A stretch of 64,000 bases of DNA from an uncultured Bacilli bacterium (GTDB lineage Bacteria > Bacillota_I > Bacilli_A > RF39 > UBA660), in assembly GCA_944331915.1 (NCBI GenBank), contig CALVIR010000004.1:2427-66426 (forward strand). The letters are read 5' to 3'. Position numbers and translations under genes: made by a program. The stretch's first letter is position 1, and each line of letters starts with the position of its first letter. Of the stretch, positions 38,506 through 46,898 are shown piece by piece. Below the pieces are notes generated by a model. It ran no database searches. It was not told the origin of the DNA and was given only the letters and a program-made list of their open reading frames with translations.

Positions 38506-39401
38506 AATTTTTAAGACTATTAAAACGAAGCATTAGAGAAGCCTTTAAGAGTGTCTTTAGAAACTTTAGTTTATCTCTTGCCTCTATCTCTTGTATTACG
38601 ATTACTTTAATTATCGTTGCCGCTTCTATTATCATAACTTTTAATCTTCAAAACTTTACTAGTGAAATGGAAAAAGATTTAACGATTGTCGTTTTCTTAG
38701 ATAACAATATTAATGAAGAAGAAATAGATACCTTAATGACAGAATTAAGAGACATGTCTAATGTTGAATCATTAACTTACCAAAGTAAAGCTTCTATCAA
38801 AGAAGAAATGCGTAAAGAAAGTGAAGTCTTTGATGAGGTTATGAGTACTTGGAGTGATGAAGATAATCCTTTAAAAGATACTTTTCAAATTAAAGTTAAA
38901 GATGTAGAAAAGATTAGTGATACTGCTGAAAGTATTGAAAAAATGGAAGAGGTTAGCTCTGTTAAATATGGTGAAGGAATGGTAGATAATCTGCTCCTAG
39001 CGTTTGAATCAATTCAAAAGATATCTTATGGTGTCGTTATCGCTCTTGTCTTAGTAACTGTCTTCTTAATTATTAATACAATTAAGTTGACAATTTTCTC
39101 AAGAAAAAGAGAAATTTCGATTATGCGTTTAGTTGGTGCTAGTAACTTTATGATTAAAACTCCATTTATTGTTGAAGGTATGGTTTTAGGTATGTTTGGT
39201 TCTATTATACCAATTCTTATTATTTGTTTTGGTTATGTTGCTTTATATGACCATACAAATGGTTATCTTTATAGCCAAATGATAACTCTCATTGAACCAG
39301 AACCATTTATTTACATGATATCTGGAATTATTCTTGTTATTGGTATTATCGTAGGTATGGTAGGATCTGCATCTGCTGTTAGAAAATACTTAAAAATATA
39401 A
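38502..39401 (+). CDS. ftsX: Cell-division ABC transporter permease FtsX
   Basis: 4 TM helices with a large first extracellular loop, and the motif IMRLVGAS..FI. Overlaps the ftsE stop. Confidence 0.92.
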   Translation: MKFLRLLKRSIREAFKSVFRNFSLSLASISCITITLIIVAASIIITFNLQNFTSEMEKDLTIVVFLDNNINEEEIDTLMTELRDMSNVESLTYQSKASIKEEMRKESEVFDEVMSTWSDEDNPLKDTFQIKVKDVEKISDTAESIEKMEEVSSVKYGEGMVDNLLLAFESIQKISYGVVIALVLVTVFLIINTIKLTIFSRKREISIMRLVGASNFMIKTPFIVEGMVLGMFGSIIPILIICFGYVALYDHTNGYLYSQMITLIEPEPFIYMISGIILVIGIIVGMVGSASAVRKYLKI

Positions 39402-39420
39402 AGAGTAAAAGGAGGTATTC

Positions 39421-40611
39421 ATGAATAAACATAAGATAATTGCTAGTAGTTTAATTATTCTCATAGTAGCTAGTTATATCATCTGGCCAGTCAGTACGAA
39501 TGCCAAAACTATTAAAGAATTTGAAGCTGAGGTTGAAAAGTTTACTCAAGACTTAGAGAATAAAGAAAATCAAATTGCCAAGAACGATGCTGAGGTAGCT
39601 GAAATTGAACGGAATATAACTAATATTGAAAATCAAATTACTACAACTCAAAATGAGATTTCTTCAATTGAGCAGGAAATAGAAAAATCTAATTCCCAAA
39701 TAGCTGAAAAAAGCGAAGAAAGTAAAAGTCTTTTCCAATATATTCAAGTTAGTGAAGGGGAAAATGCTTACTTAGAATATGTTTTCGGTGCTACAAGTAT
39801 AACTGATATGGTTTATAGAATGGCTATTGTTGAACAGTTAACTGAATATAATAATCAAATAATGACGGAATTAACTAAGTTAGTAGAAGAAAATGAAACA
39901 AGAAAAAATGAACTTGCTAGTAAGAATGAAGAACTTCAACAACTTACTGTAGAACTTGAAAAAGAACAAGCAAGAATCAATGCTGACACCGCTGCTATTA
40001 AAGAAGCCATGCCAAGTGTTGAACAACAATTAAAGTCAGCTAAAGAAAACTTAGAATACTTAAGAAGCTTAGGTTGTGGTGAAAACGAAGATAAAGATGC
40101 TTGTATTTACCGTGTAAACCAAAGTGGTTCCGGTGGTAGTGCTATTGTTCCATCTGTTGATGGTTTCTATCGTCCTATGGTAAGTGGTTATGTTACCCAA
40201 AACTTTGGTAATGCTGGTCATATGGGAATTGACTTAGGAAATAGAAATAATCCGACTATTGAAATATATCCTATCGCTAGTGGTGTTGTCTTTGCTAAAT
40301 ACTATGACAATGCTGGTGCTCTTGTTTTAAAAATAAGACACAATGTTAATGGCCGTTATATCTATTCCACCTATGCCCATCTTTCCGCTTGGTATGTTAA
40401 TGTTGGTGACTTAGTTACTCCAAATACCGTTATTGGTCGTATGGGAAGTACTGGTAACTCTAGTGGCCCTCATCTTCACTTAGAGGTAACAACCTGTGAT
40501 TGGAATAAAGGAGGGGGTTGTACTTGGACTCAATATCAAAATAGTACTATAAATCCTCGTCAATATGTTGGTTTTCCATCAGGTTTGTACTCATGGTGGT
40601 ATAGTAGATAA
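39421..40611 (+). CDS. Secreted coiled-coil + M23 peptidoglycan hydrolase (FtsEX-associated, EnvC/PcsB-like architecture)
   Basis: Signal peptide; about 200 aa of heptad-rich coiled coil; C-terminal M23 motifs (HMGIDLG ... GPHLHLE). Immediately downstream of ftsEX. Confidence 0.85.
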   Translation: MNKHKIIASSLIILIVASYIIWPVSTNAKTIKEFEAEVEKFTQDLENKENQIAKNDAEVAEIERNITNIENQITTTQNEISSIEQEIEKSNSQIAEKSEESKSLFQYIQVSEGENAYLEYVFGATSITDMVYRMAIVEQLTEYNNQIMTELTKLVEENETRKNELASKNEELQQLTVELEKEQARINADTAAIKEAMPSVEQQLKSAKENLEYLRSLGCGENEDKDACIYRVNQSGSGGSAIVPSVDGFYRPMVSGYVTQNFGNAGHMGIDLGNRNNPTIEIYPIASGVVFAKYYDNAGALVLKIRHNVNGRYIYSTYAHLSAWYVNVGDLVTPNTVIGRMGSTGNSSGPHLHLEVTTCDWNKGGGCTWTQYQNSTINPRQYVGFPSGLYSWWYSR

Positions 40612-40616
40612 TATAT

Positions 40617-40638
40617 AAGAAGCTTAGGCTTCTTTTTT
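40617..40638 (+). terminator. Terminator after the ftsEX-M23 operon
   Basis: AAGAAGC(ttag)GCTTCTT followed by TTTT. Confidence 0.8.
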
Positions 40639-40746
40639 GTATGTTTAGAATTTACATTAGTTACTTGTCCAAATAATACATATTGTTAAAAAAAATAAAT
40701 AATGATAGAATAGTCATGAATTTTACTATATTCAAAGGAGGAAAAT

Positions 40747-42702
40747 ATGTTCAAATTAGTATCAAAGTTTAAGCCCAGTGGTGATCAACCAGAAGCCATA
40801 AAAGAGTTAGTTGAAGGAATTAAAGAAGGTAAGAAAGAACAAGTTTTACTAGGAGCAACTGGTACTGGTAAAACATTTACTATGGCCAATGTCATCGCAG
40901 AGGTTAATAAACCGACCTTAATCCTTGCACATAATAAAACTCTAGCAGGACAATTATATTCTGAAATGAAAGAGTTATTTCCTGAAAATAATGTTGAATA
41001 CTTTGTCTCATACTATGACTACTATCAACCAGAAGCTTATGTTCCTAGTACTGATACTTATATCGAAAAAGACTCATCTATAAACGATGAAATCGATGAA
41101 TTGCGTCATGCTGCTACTTCTGCTTTACTATCATCAAAAGATACTATTGTTGTCGCTAGTGTTTCCTGTATCTACGGTATTGGTGAGGTTGAAGAATACA
41201 AAAAGAAAATGTTAACTTTAAGAGTAGGAGAAGAAATAGATCGTAATGATGTTCTTGTCAAACTTGTTGAAATGCAATATGAACGAAACGATTTAGACTT
41301 TCATCGTGGTACTTTTAGAGTAAGAGGAGATGTCCTAGAGATTATTCCAACAAATCAAAATCAAACCGGATACCGTATTGAATTCTTTGGTTCCGAAATA
41401 GATCGTATTAGTGAAATAGATGTCTTAACAGGTCATGTTTTAAATAACAAAAAAAATATCAGTATTTTCCCTGCCAGTCATTTCGTTATTAGTGATGACA
41501 AACTTAAAGAAGCAATTAAAAGGATAAAAAAGGAACTACAAGAACGTTTAGCTGAACTTAAGAGTGAAAACAAACTTTTAGCAGCTGAACGTCTTGAACA
41601 AAGAACCAACTATGATCTTGAAATGTTAGAAGAAACTGGTTTTTGTCATGGTATTGAAAACTATTCTGCTCCTATGGCTGGCCGTAAGCCTGGAGAAACT
41701 CCTACGACTCTTATAGATTTCTTTGGTGACGACTTTCTTCTTTTAGTTGATGAATCCCATGTTACCTTACCTCAAGTTCGTGGTATGTATAACGGTGATA
41801 GAGCTCGTAAGCAAAACCTTGTTGATTATGGTTTCCGTCTTCCTAGTGCCCTTGACAACAGGCCTTTAAAATTTGATGAATTTGAAAAAAAGATTAAACA
41901 AGCTATATACGTTTCTGCTACTCCAGGTGATTATGAACTTGCTAAAACTAATGGTCACTATGTTGAACAGATTATTAGACCAACTGGACTTTTAGATCCA
42001 ACGATTGAGGTTAGAAAAACTGAAGGCCAAATTGATGATTTAGTTGGAGAAATTAATGAACGTATTAAGAAAAATGAACGTGTCTTAATTACAACTTTAA
42101 CGATTAGAATGAGTGAAGAATTAACTAACTACTTAAAAGATCTTGATATTAAAGTAGCATATCTTCATACTGAAATAAAAACTCTTGAACGTTTACAAAT
42201 AATTCATGATTTAAGAACAGGAGTTTATGATGTAGTTGTTGGTATTAACCTTCTAAGAGAAGGAATTGATATTCCCGAGGTTTCCCTAATTGCTATACTT
42301 GATGCAGATAAAGAAGGTTTCTTACGAAGCGAACGTAGTTTAATCCAAACGATAGGTCGTTGTGCTCGTAATGCCAATGGTCATGTCATTATGTATGGTG
42401 ATAAAATTACCGATAGTATGGATAAAGCGATTAAAGAAACTCATCGTCGTCGAAAGATCCAAGAAACTTATAATAAAGAACATGGTATTGTTCCTAAAAC
42501 TATTCAAAAAGAAATAAGAGATGTTATCAGTAATATTGACACAACTAACACGGTAAAACCTACTAAGAAATTAACGAAGAAAGAAAGAATGTTAGAAATT
42601 GAAAAGATTGAAAGTGAAATGAAAGAAGCTGCTAAGAATCTTGACTTTGAAAGAGCAATGGAATTAAGAGATATCTTATTTGAAATGAAAAGTGAGGGAT
42701 AG
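40747..42702 (+). CDS. uvrB: Excinuclease ABC subunit B
   Basis: GATGTGKTF Walker A, DESH, beta-hairpin [10 protein letters not shown], and a C-terminal UVR domain (ERAMELRD). Confidence 0.97.
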   Translation: MFKLVSKFKPSGDQPEAIKELVEGIKEGKKEQVLLGATGTGKTFTMANVIAEVNKPTLILAHNKTLAGQLYSEMKELFPENNVEYFVSYYDYYQPEAYVPSTDTYIEKDSSINDEIDELRHAATSALLSSKDTIVVASVSCIYGIGEVEEYKKKMLTLRVGEEIDRNDVLVKLVEMQYERNDLDFHRGTFRVRGDVLEIIPTNQNQTGYRIEFFGSEIDRISEIDVLTGHVLNNKKNISIFPASHFVISDDKLKEAIKRIKKELQERLAELKSENKLLAAERLEQRTNYDLEMLEETGFCHGIENYSAPMAGRKPGETPTTLIDFFGDDFLLLVDESHVTLPQVRGMYNGDRARKQNLVDYGFRLPSALDNRPLKFDEFEKKIKQAIYVSATPGDYELAKTNGHYVEQIIRPTGLLDPTIEVRKTEGQIDDLVGEINERIKKNERVLITTLTIRMSEELTNYLKDLDIKVAYLHTEIKTLERLQIIHDLRTGVYDVVVGINLLREGIDIPEVSLIAILDADKEGFLRSERSLIQTIGRCARNANGHVIMYGDKITDSMDKAIKETHRRRKIQETYNKEHGIVPKTIQKEIRDVISNIDTTNTVKPTKKLTKKERMLEIEKIESEMKEAAKNLDFERAMELRDILFEMKSEG

Positions 42703-43545
42703 ATGAAAAAGAAAAGATTTAATCGCATCTATGTAGAAATAACAAATAAATGTAATCTTTCCTGTTCCTTTTGCCCTAAGACTAAAAGACCATTAAAAGA
42801 AATGACCGTAAAAGACTTTTCTCTAATCATTACTAAAATTAAAGACTATACCAATACCATTTGTTTACATGTTAAAGGTGAACCGCTGCTTCATCAAAAA
42901 CTAGATGAGATTTTATCTATATGTGATGATAATAACATTAATGTAAGTCTTACAACTAATGGCACTCTTTTAAAAAGTAAGATTAGTGTATTAAAGAGTC
43001 ATAAATCACTCTCTAAAATACATATCTCCTTAAATGCTGAAACAAATAATTTAGACTATTCTGTTAATATCTTTAAACCAGTCTCTACTTTTCCACAGGA
43101 TAAGATAATTATCTACCGCCTTTGGGCTCAAAAATCTTCTCTTTTAGATAAGAAATCCACAGAAATTGTGGAAAAACTAAAAGAATATTATCATTTATCA
43201 GAAGAAACTGTTGAAAACATCAAGAATAATAAGAATACTAAAATAGATATCAACAAATATGTGGATAAAGATTTTCTATTTACTTGGCCTAGTAGTACAT
43301 CTGAAGAAACAACTCATAACTTTTGTGAAGGTTTAAAAAGTCAAATAGCTATATTAGTTGATGGCACAGTAATACCTTGTTGTCTAGATGATGAAGGTAA
43401 AATTCCGCTTGGAAATATTTTTGCTGAAGATTTAGTAACTATTTTAAATAAAGATAAAACTAAAAAAATCATAAAAGGCTTTCAAGACAATAAATGTGTA
43501 GAAAAACTCTGTCAGTCTTGTCAATACAAAAATAGATTTAAATAA
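42703..43545 (+). CDS. Radical SAM protein with C-terminal Cys-rich (SPASM/twitch-like) domain
   Basis: CNLSCSFCP (CxxxCxxC) near the N-terminus. C-terminal Cys cluster: PCCLDDEG...C...CQSCQ. Confidence 0.8.
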   Translation: MKKKRFNRIYVEITNKCNLSCSFCPKTKRPLKEMTVKDFSLIITKIKDYTNTICLHVKGEPLLHQKLDEILSICDDNNINVSLTTNGTLLKSKISVLKSHKSLSKIHISLNAETNNLDYSVNIFKPVSTFPQDKIIIYRLWAQKSSLLDKKSTEIVEKLKEYYHLSEETVENIKNNKNTKIDINKYVDKDFLFTWPSSTSEETTHNFCEGLKSQIAILVDGTVIPCCLDDEGKIPLGNIFAEDLVTILNKDKTKKIIKGFQDNKCVEKLCQSCQYKNRFK

Positions 43546-43565
43546 AATACTAATTTGTAAAAAAA
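43541..43565 (+). repeat. Direct repeat, left copy (AATAAAATACTAATTTGTAAAAAAA), overlapping the radical-SAM stop codon
   Basis: Exact 25-nt match to 45751..45775. The match extends to about 27 nt if the A-run differs by one base. Confidence 0.9.
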
Positions 43566-43754
43566 ACAAAATGATTAAAAAGTTACAAAACGACTTTTGG
43601 CGAAAGCTAATTTTGGAAGCTGGCGGTGTGGTTTTAGAAGAAAAGTCTATGCATTATATGTCAAAAGCTAAAAGATTATTAAATTTTAAAAAGTATTTCA
43701 GACCATACCCCTATAGAATATTTGTTATAAAATCATCAAATAAAATTTAATGTG

Positions 43755-43763
43755 TGCTATAAT
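43755..43763 (+). promoter_or_regulatory. Extended -10 element (TGcTATAAT) for the CYTH cassette operon
   Basis: Read directly, 25 nt upstream of ATG 43789. The -35 box is weak. Confidence 0.45.
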
Positions 43764-43788
43764 GATTAATATATAGGAGTTGATAAAA

Positions 43789-44583
43789 ATGGCAAAGTTT
43801 GAAAAAGAAATTAAAGTTTTAGATATTAATGTCGAAGAGACAATATCTAAATTAAAAAAGATTGGTGCAACAGATAAAGGAAAAAAAGAACAAAAAATAT
43901 ATACTTATGATATACCTACTATATATTATAGATATTTGGAAATAAAGAGTTTGTTAAAATCTGATAATGAATTACTAATTAATGTTTCAATGGGCAAATT
44001 AAAAGTGCTTTTAGATGAGCTTGAAGATTTAATTGATAACGATATGTTAGATAAAATATGTAGTGAAATGGACATAAAGAGAATTAAAGACTTATTAAGT
44101 ATTAAAAAGGAAGATATTCTTGAGAAGTTTGAAAACAGTAAAACTTTTAATAATATTGTTAAAGAAAAATTAATTAATCCTAATAAATGGATTAGACTTA
44201 GAAAAAGTAATGATACAATTGAATTGACTGTTAAACATATATATCAAAAGTCAAATGATAAAATACAGAAGGTAAAAGAGTATGAAACTAATGTATCTGA
44301 CTTTGAGGAAACAAATAGAATTTTAACGAGTATTGGGATAATAAGAAGAAATTATCAAGAAAAAGAAAGACATAGTTTTAAATACAAAGATGCTGACATA
44401 GAAATTGATATATGGCCTCTTTTAGAGCCATATATGGAGATAGAATGTGACAGTGAAAATACAATTGCTGAAATATTAAAGAAACTAGAATTAGAAAATA
44501 AAGAAATTGTATCTATAAATACAGAACAATTGTATAAAAGAAAAGATATAGATGTTTTAAAAATTTCTGATTTAAGATTTTAA
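43789..44583 (+). CDS. CYTH (CyaB/thiamine-triphosphatase, triphosphate tunnel) domain protein with a long helical insertion
   Basis: N-terminal ExExK-type strand (FEKEIKV), WIRLRK, ELTVKH, EYE..V, and C-terminal DIEIDIWPLLEPYMEIE resembling the class IV cyclase/CYTH strands. About 85 extra residues lie between strands. RBS AGGAG before ATG 43789. Confidence 0.6.
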   Translation: MAKFEKEIKVLDINVEETISKLKKIGATDKGKKEQKIYTYDIPTIYYRYLEIKSLLKSDNELLINVSMGKLKVLLDELEDLIDNDMLDKICSEMDIKRIKDLLSIKKEDILEKFENSKTFNNIVKEKLINPNKWIRLRKSNDTIELTVKHIYQKSNDKIQKVKEYETNVSDFEETNRILTSIGIIRRNYQEKERHSFKYKDADIEIDIWPLLEPYMEIECDSENTIAEILKKLELENKEIVSINTEQLYKRKDIDVLKISDLRF

Positions 44584-44606
44584 ATGTTATTAATGGAGGT
44601 AACTTT

Positions 44607-45284
44607 ATGGGGGAACGAGGAAATAAAAAAGTTGATTTTATTGCAAGTGATAATATGATTAATAAAGCATTAGATAAATATAAGAAAAATAGCAAAGTAT
44701 ATACTAAAATTTTAGAGGCTTTGCAAATTTTAGGAAGCTTTAATGATAAGATAGTAATTGATTTGTATGAAATAAAAGAAGAAAATAACGATTATACTAT
44801 TAAGGTATGGTGCTGTGATGAAAATAGTAATATATTTATATTTACATTATTTTCTACATTAAAGAATAATATGTTAGTACTTTATAGAATAACTGATGAT
44901 AAGGAAGAAAAATATAATTTGTCATTATTAAAGAAATATGCTTTAACAAAGGATAATATAGCTTTAGCAAGAACTTCAAAAGTATATAATCATAAATATG
45001 GCAGATTAATTACTGATGATGAAAGCTTTTATAGTTTGTTTTTAAGCAATAATCAATGTTACCAAATAATTATTGACTATATTGTTAAACCAAATGAATT
45101 ATTAAGTAAAAACATCATTTTCTCATTAAATAATTGTGATACCTCTCCAACATTTCAAAGTTATATGGATATTTTTTATAATATAATAAAACAAAAAAAT
45201 TTAAATTTTAACCAAGTATATATTTATGCATATAAGGATTTTGAAAAAATAACAGCATTAAATATTAATAATAAAGAATATTAA
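44607..45284 (+). CDS. Hypothetical protein (225 aa), second gene of the repeat-bounded cassette
   Basis: ORF with GGAGG 8 nt upstream, starting 23 nt after the CYTH gene. No TM helix, signal peptide or known motif recognised. Confidence 0.6.
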   Translation: MGERGNKKVDFIASDNMINKALDKYKKNSKVYTKILEALQILGSFNDKIVIDLYEIKEENNDYTIKVWCCDENSNIFIFTLFSTLKNNMLVLYRITDDKEEKYNLSLLKKYALTKDNIALARTSKVYNHKYGRLITDDESFYSLFLSNNQCYQIIIDYIVKPNELLSKNIIFSLNNCDTSPTFQSYMDIFYNIIKQKNLNFNQVYIYAYKDFEKITALNINNKEY

Positions 45285-45327
45285 AAGAAAAACTTTATAG
45301 TGGAAACAGTAATATTTGAGGTGGAAA

Positions 45328-45624
45328 ATGATGAGTAGTAAAAGAAAATTAAATGGATTAGAAGAAACAATAAACGATAACAACATTATGGAGGTAATTG
45401 ATATTTTTCAATTACAAAAAGGCTTAATTGTGCTAGGGTGTATTATTGGTAAAAAAAATAATGCTTATAAAGTATATCTTTACATAGAAAAAGATAATAA
45501 TATAATTTCTAAATTATATGAAAAAAAGTTTTCTTTAGAAAATAAAGATAATGCTATGGCATATTTTTCTAACCTAAAGAAAATGGTTACCCTTAATAGC
45601 AATGAAGTAGTAAATTTGATATAG
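45328..45624 (+). CDS. Hypothetical protein (98 aa), third gene of the repeat-bounded cassette
   Basis: GAGGTGG precedes ATG 45328, and a weak terminator hairpin follows. No motif recognised. Confidence 0.5.
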   Translation: MMSSKRKLNGLEETINDNNIMEVIDIFQLQKGLIVLGCIIGKKNNAYKVYLYIEKDNNIISKLYEKKFSLENKDNAMAYFSNLKKMVTLNSNEVVNLI

Positions 45625-45630
45625 TAATTG

Positions 45631-45656
45631 AAAGTGCTTAGGCATTTTCTTTTATT
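45631..45656 (+). terminator. Weak terminator at the end of the cassette operon
   Basis: AAAGTGC(ttag)GCATTTT (one G-U pair), then CTTTTATT. Confidence 0.4.
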
Positions 45657-45662
45657 GAAGTA

Positions 45663-45689
45663 AATTTGGTGTGAATTTGGTGTAAATTT
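45663..45689 (+). repeat. Tandem 11-nt repeat, about 2.5 copies (AATTTGGTGTG AATTTGGTGTA AATTT)
   Basis: Read directly from the sequence. Lies between the cassette terminator and an outward-facing promoter. Confidence 0.85.
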
Positions 45690-45693
45690 ATAG

Positions 45694-45721
45694 TTGATAT
45701 TGATTTGTCAAGTGATATAAT
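45694..45721 (+). promoter_or_regulatory. Promoter at the cassette's right end, facing secE (TTGATA-16-TGaTATAAT)
   Basis: Hexamers read directly. Located upstream of the right direct repeat. Confidence 0.5.
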
Positions 45722-45750
45722 ATGATTAAATTGAAATTATTCCAATTAAT

Positions 45751-45775
45751 AATAAAATACTAATTTGTAAAAAAA
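45751..45775 (+). repeat. Direct repeat, right copy, 2 nt upstream of the secE -35 box
   Basis: Exact 25-nt match to 43541..43565. Confidence 0.9.
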
Positions 45776-45777
45776 CA

Positions 45778-45806
45778 TTGACTTAACGACAACTTTATGA
45801 TAATGT
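45778..45806 (+). promoter_or_regulatory. secE-nusG promoter (TTGACT-17-TGaTAATGT)
   Basis: Consensus-like -35 box, 17-nt spacer, extended -10 element. Confidence 0.55.
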
Positions 45807-45863
45807 ACAAGTAAGCACTGAGAAGTGTTTTTCTTTTAGAAAAAAATGAAGGAAGAGATTTGT

Positions 45864-46127
45864 ATGACAAAGAAGAATCTAGAAACAAAAAACAAAAAAA
45901 ATACTACAAAACAAACAACAAAGAAAAAAGAAGAAAAAGTAAATATTTTTACTAAAATTGGTAACTTTATTAAAGGAGTTAAAACAGAATTTAAAAGAAT
46001 TAAATGGCCAAGTAAAAAAGAGTTAATTAAATATTCAGTTGTTACAATTATCTTTATAATTTTTTGTGCTTTATTCTTTTATTTAATCGATATAATTATC
46101 GCTGCTTTACACTCATTATTTAGTTAG
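45864..46127 (+). CDS. secE: Preprotein translocase subunit SecE
   Basis: Lys-rich N-terminus, then F..V..E.KRI.WPSKKEL and a single C-terminal TM helix. Upstream of nusG. ATG 45864 follows GAAGGAAGAG. Confidence 0.88.
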   Translation: MTKKNLETKNKKNTTKQTTKKKEEKVNIFTKIGNFIKGVKTEFKRIKWPSKKELIKYSVVTIIFIIFCALFFYLIDIIIAALHSLFS

Positions 46128-46148
46128 AAAGGAAAGTATTAAAGTATT

Positions 46149-46682
46149 ATGGAAAAACAATGGTATGTCGTTAACACTTATTCTGGACATGAAAAGAAAG
46201 TTCAAGAAAAACTTTTAATGCGCGCTGAATCTATGAATATGCAAGATTATATATTCCGTGTTATTGTCCCTGAACAAGAAGAAACAGAAATAAAAGATGG
46301 TGTAAAAAAAACTAAAGTCAAAAAACTATTCCCTGGCTATATTCTAGTTGAAATGATTATGACTGATGAAGCTTGGTACGTTGTTCGTAATACTCCTGGT
46401 GTTACAGGTTTTATTGGTTCAAGTGGTAAAGGAGCTAAACCTACTCCATTACAACCTAGTGAAGTTGATCATGTCTTAAAGAATATGGGTATTAGTAGAA
46501 TAGATATTGATAAAGAACTAAAACCTGGTACTAAAGTAAAAATTATCGATGGTCCATTTACAGGTATGTATGGTGTTATCGAAGAGGTTGATAGTGCTAA
46601 TGAAAAAATTGTTCTTAATGTTGATTTGTTTGGTCAAGAAACTCAAGTTGAGGTTGAATTGACTCAGATTGAAAAAGCATAA
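46149..46682 (+). CDS. nusG: Transcription termination/antitermination factor NusG
   Basis: WYVV.TYSGHE..V NGN domain and a KOW motif (G..V.I..GPF.G..G.I). Confidence 0.96.
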   Translation: MEKQWYVVNTYSGHEKKVQEKLLMRAESMNMQDYIFRVIVPEQEETEIKDGVKKTKVKKLFPGYILVEMIMTDEAWYVVRNTPGVTGFIGSSGKGAKPTPLQPSEVDHVLKNMGISRIDIDKELKPGTKVKIIDGPFTGMYGVIEEVDSANEKIVLNVDLFGQETQVEVELTQIEKA

Positions 46683-46815
46683 AAAGTATTGTAAAATCAC
46701 AAGAGTTATGCTATTATTTAAGAGCTATATAAATTTTTTATATAGATTTAATTAGTGGGAAGCAAAAAAGTGAAAAAACTAATTCCATAATCCAACCATA
46801 ATAAATACTATAAAA

Positions 46816-46851
46816 GTATGGAATGTATGGAATGTGTGGAATGTGTGGAAT
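46816..46851 (+). repeat. Tandem 9-nt repeat x4 (GTATGGAAT GTATGGAAT GTGTGGAAT GTGTGGAAT) in the rplK leader
   Basis: Read directly from the sequence, 48 nt upstream of the rplK GTG start. It creates the spurious MECMECVECVEC extension in the ORF track. Confidence 0.9.
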
Positions 46852-46898
46852 GCTATCAGAACCACTCGCGAAAACGAGTAAGAAAGGATGTGTTTTTC

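Larger units (their letters stand above)
43541..45775 (+). mobile_element. Candidate inserted three-gene cassette bounded by 25-nt direct repeats (no recombinase gene visible)
   Basis: Direct repeats flank a self-contained operon with its own extended -10 promoter, three ORFs and a weak terminator. It interrupts otherwise conserved housekeeping genes and looks even more AT-rich than its surroundings by eye. Confidence 0.45.

Noticed and set aside
43571-43750. A 59-codon ORF just inside the left repeat (MIKKLQNDFWRKLILEAGG...), considered as a RiPP precursor for the adjacent radical-SAM enzyme or as a recombinase remnant.
   Set aside because: It has no Shine-Dalgarno sequence. It has no Cys residues, which are needed for sacti/ranthipeptide-type chemistry. 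I recognise no recombinase motif. It lies beyond the repeat boundary, so it belongs to the insert rather than to the rSAM gene.
46818-46898. N-terminal extension MECMECVECVECYQNHSRKRVRKDVFF on L11 in the ORF track. It could be read as a Cys-rich leader peptide.
   Set aside because: It is produced by translating the 9-nt tandem repeat. L11 aligns from the GTG at 46899 (MAKKEVVKKIKLQIPAGKA), which has its own AAAGGA SD. No SD precedes ATG 46818.
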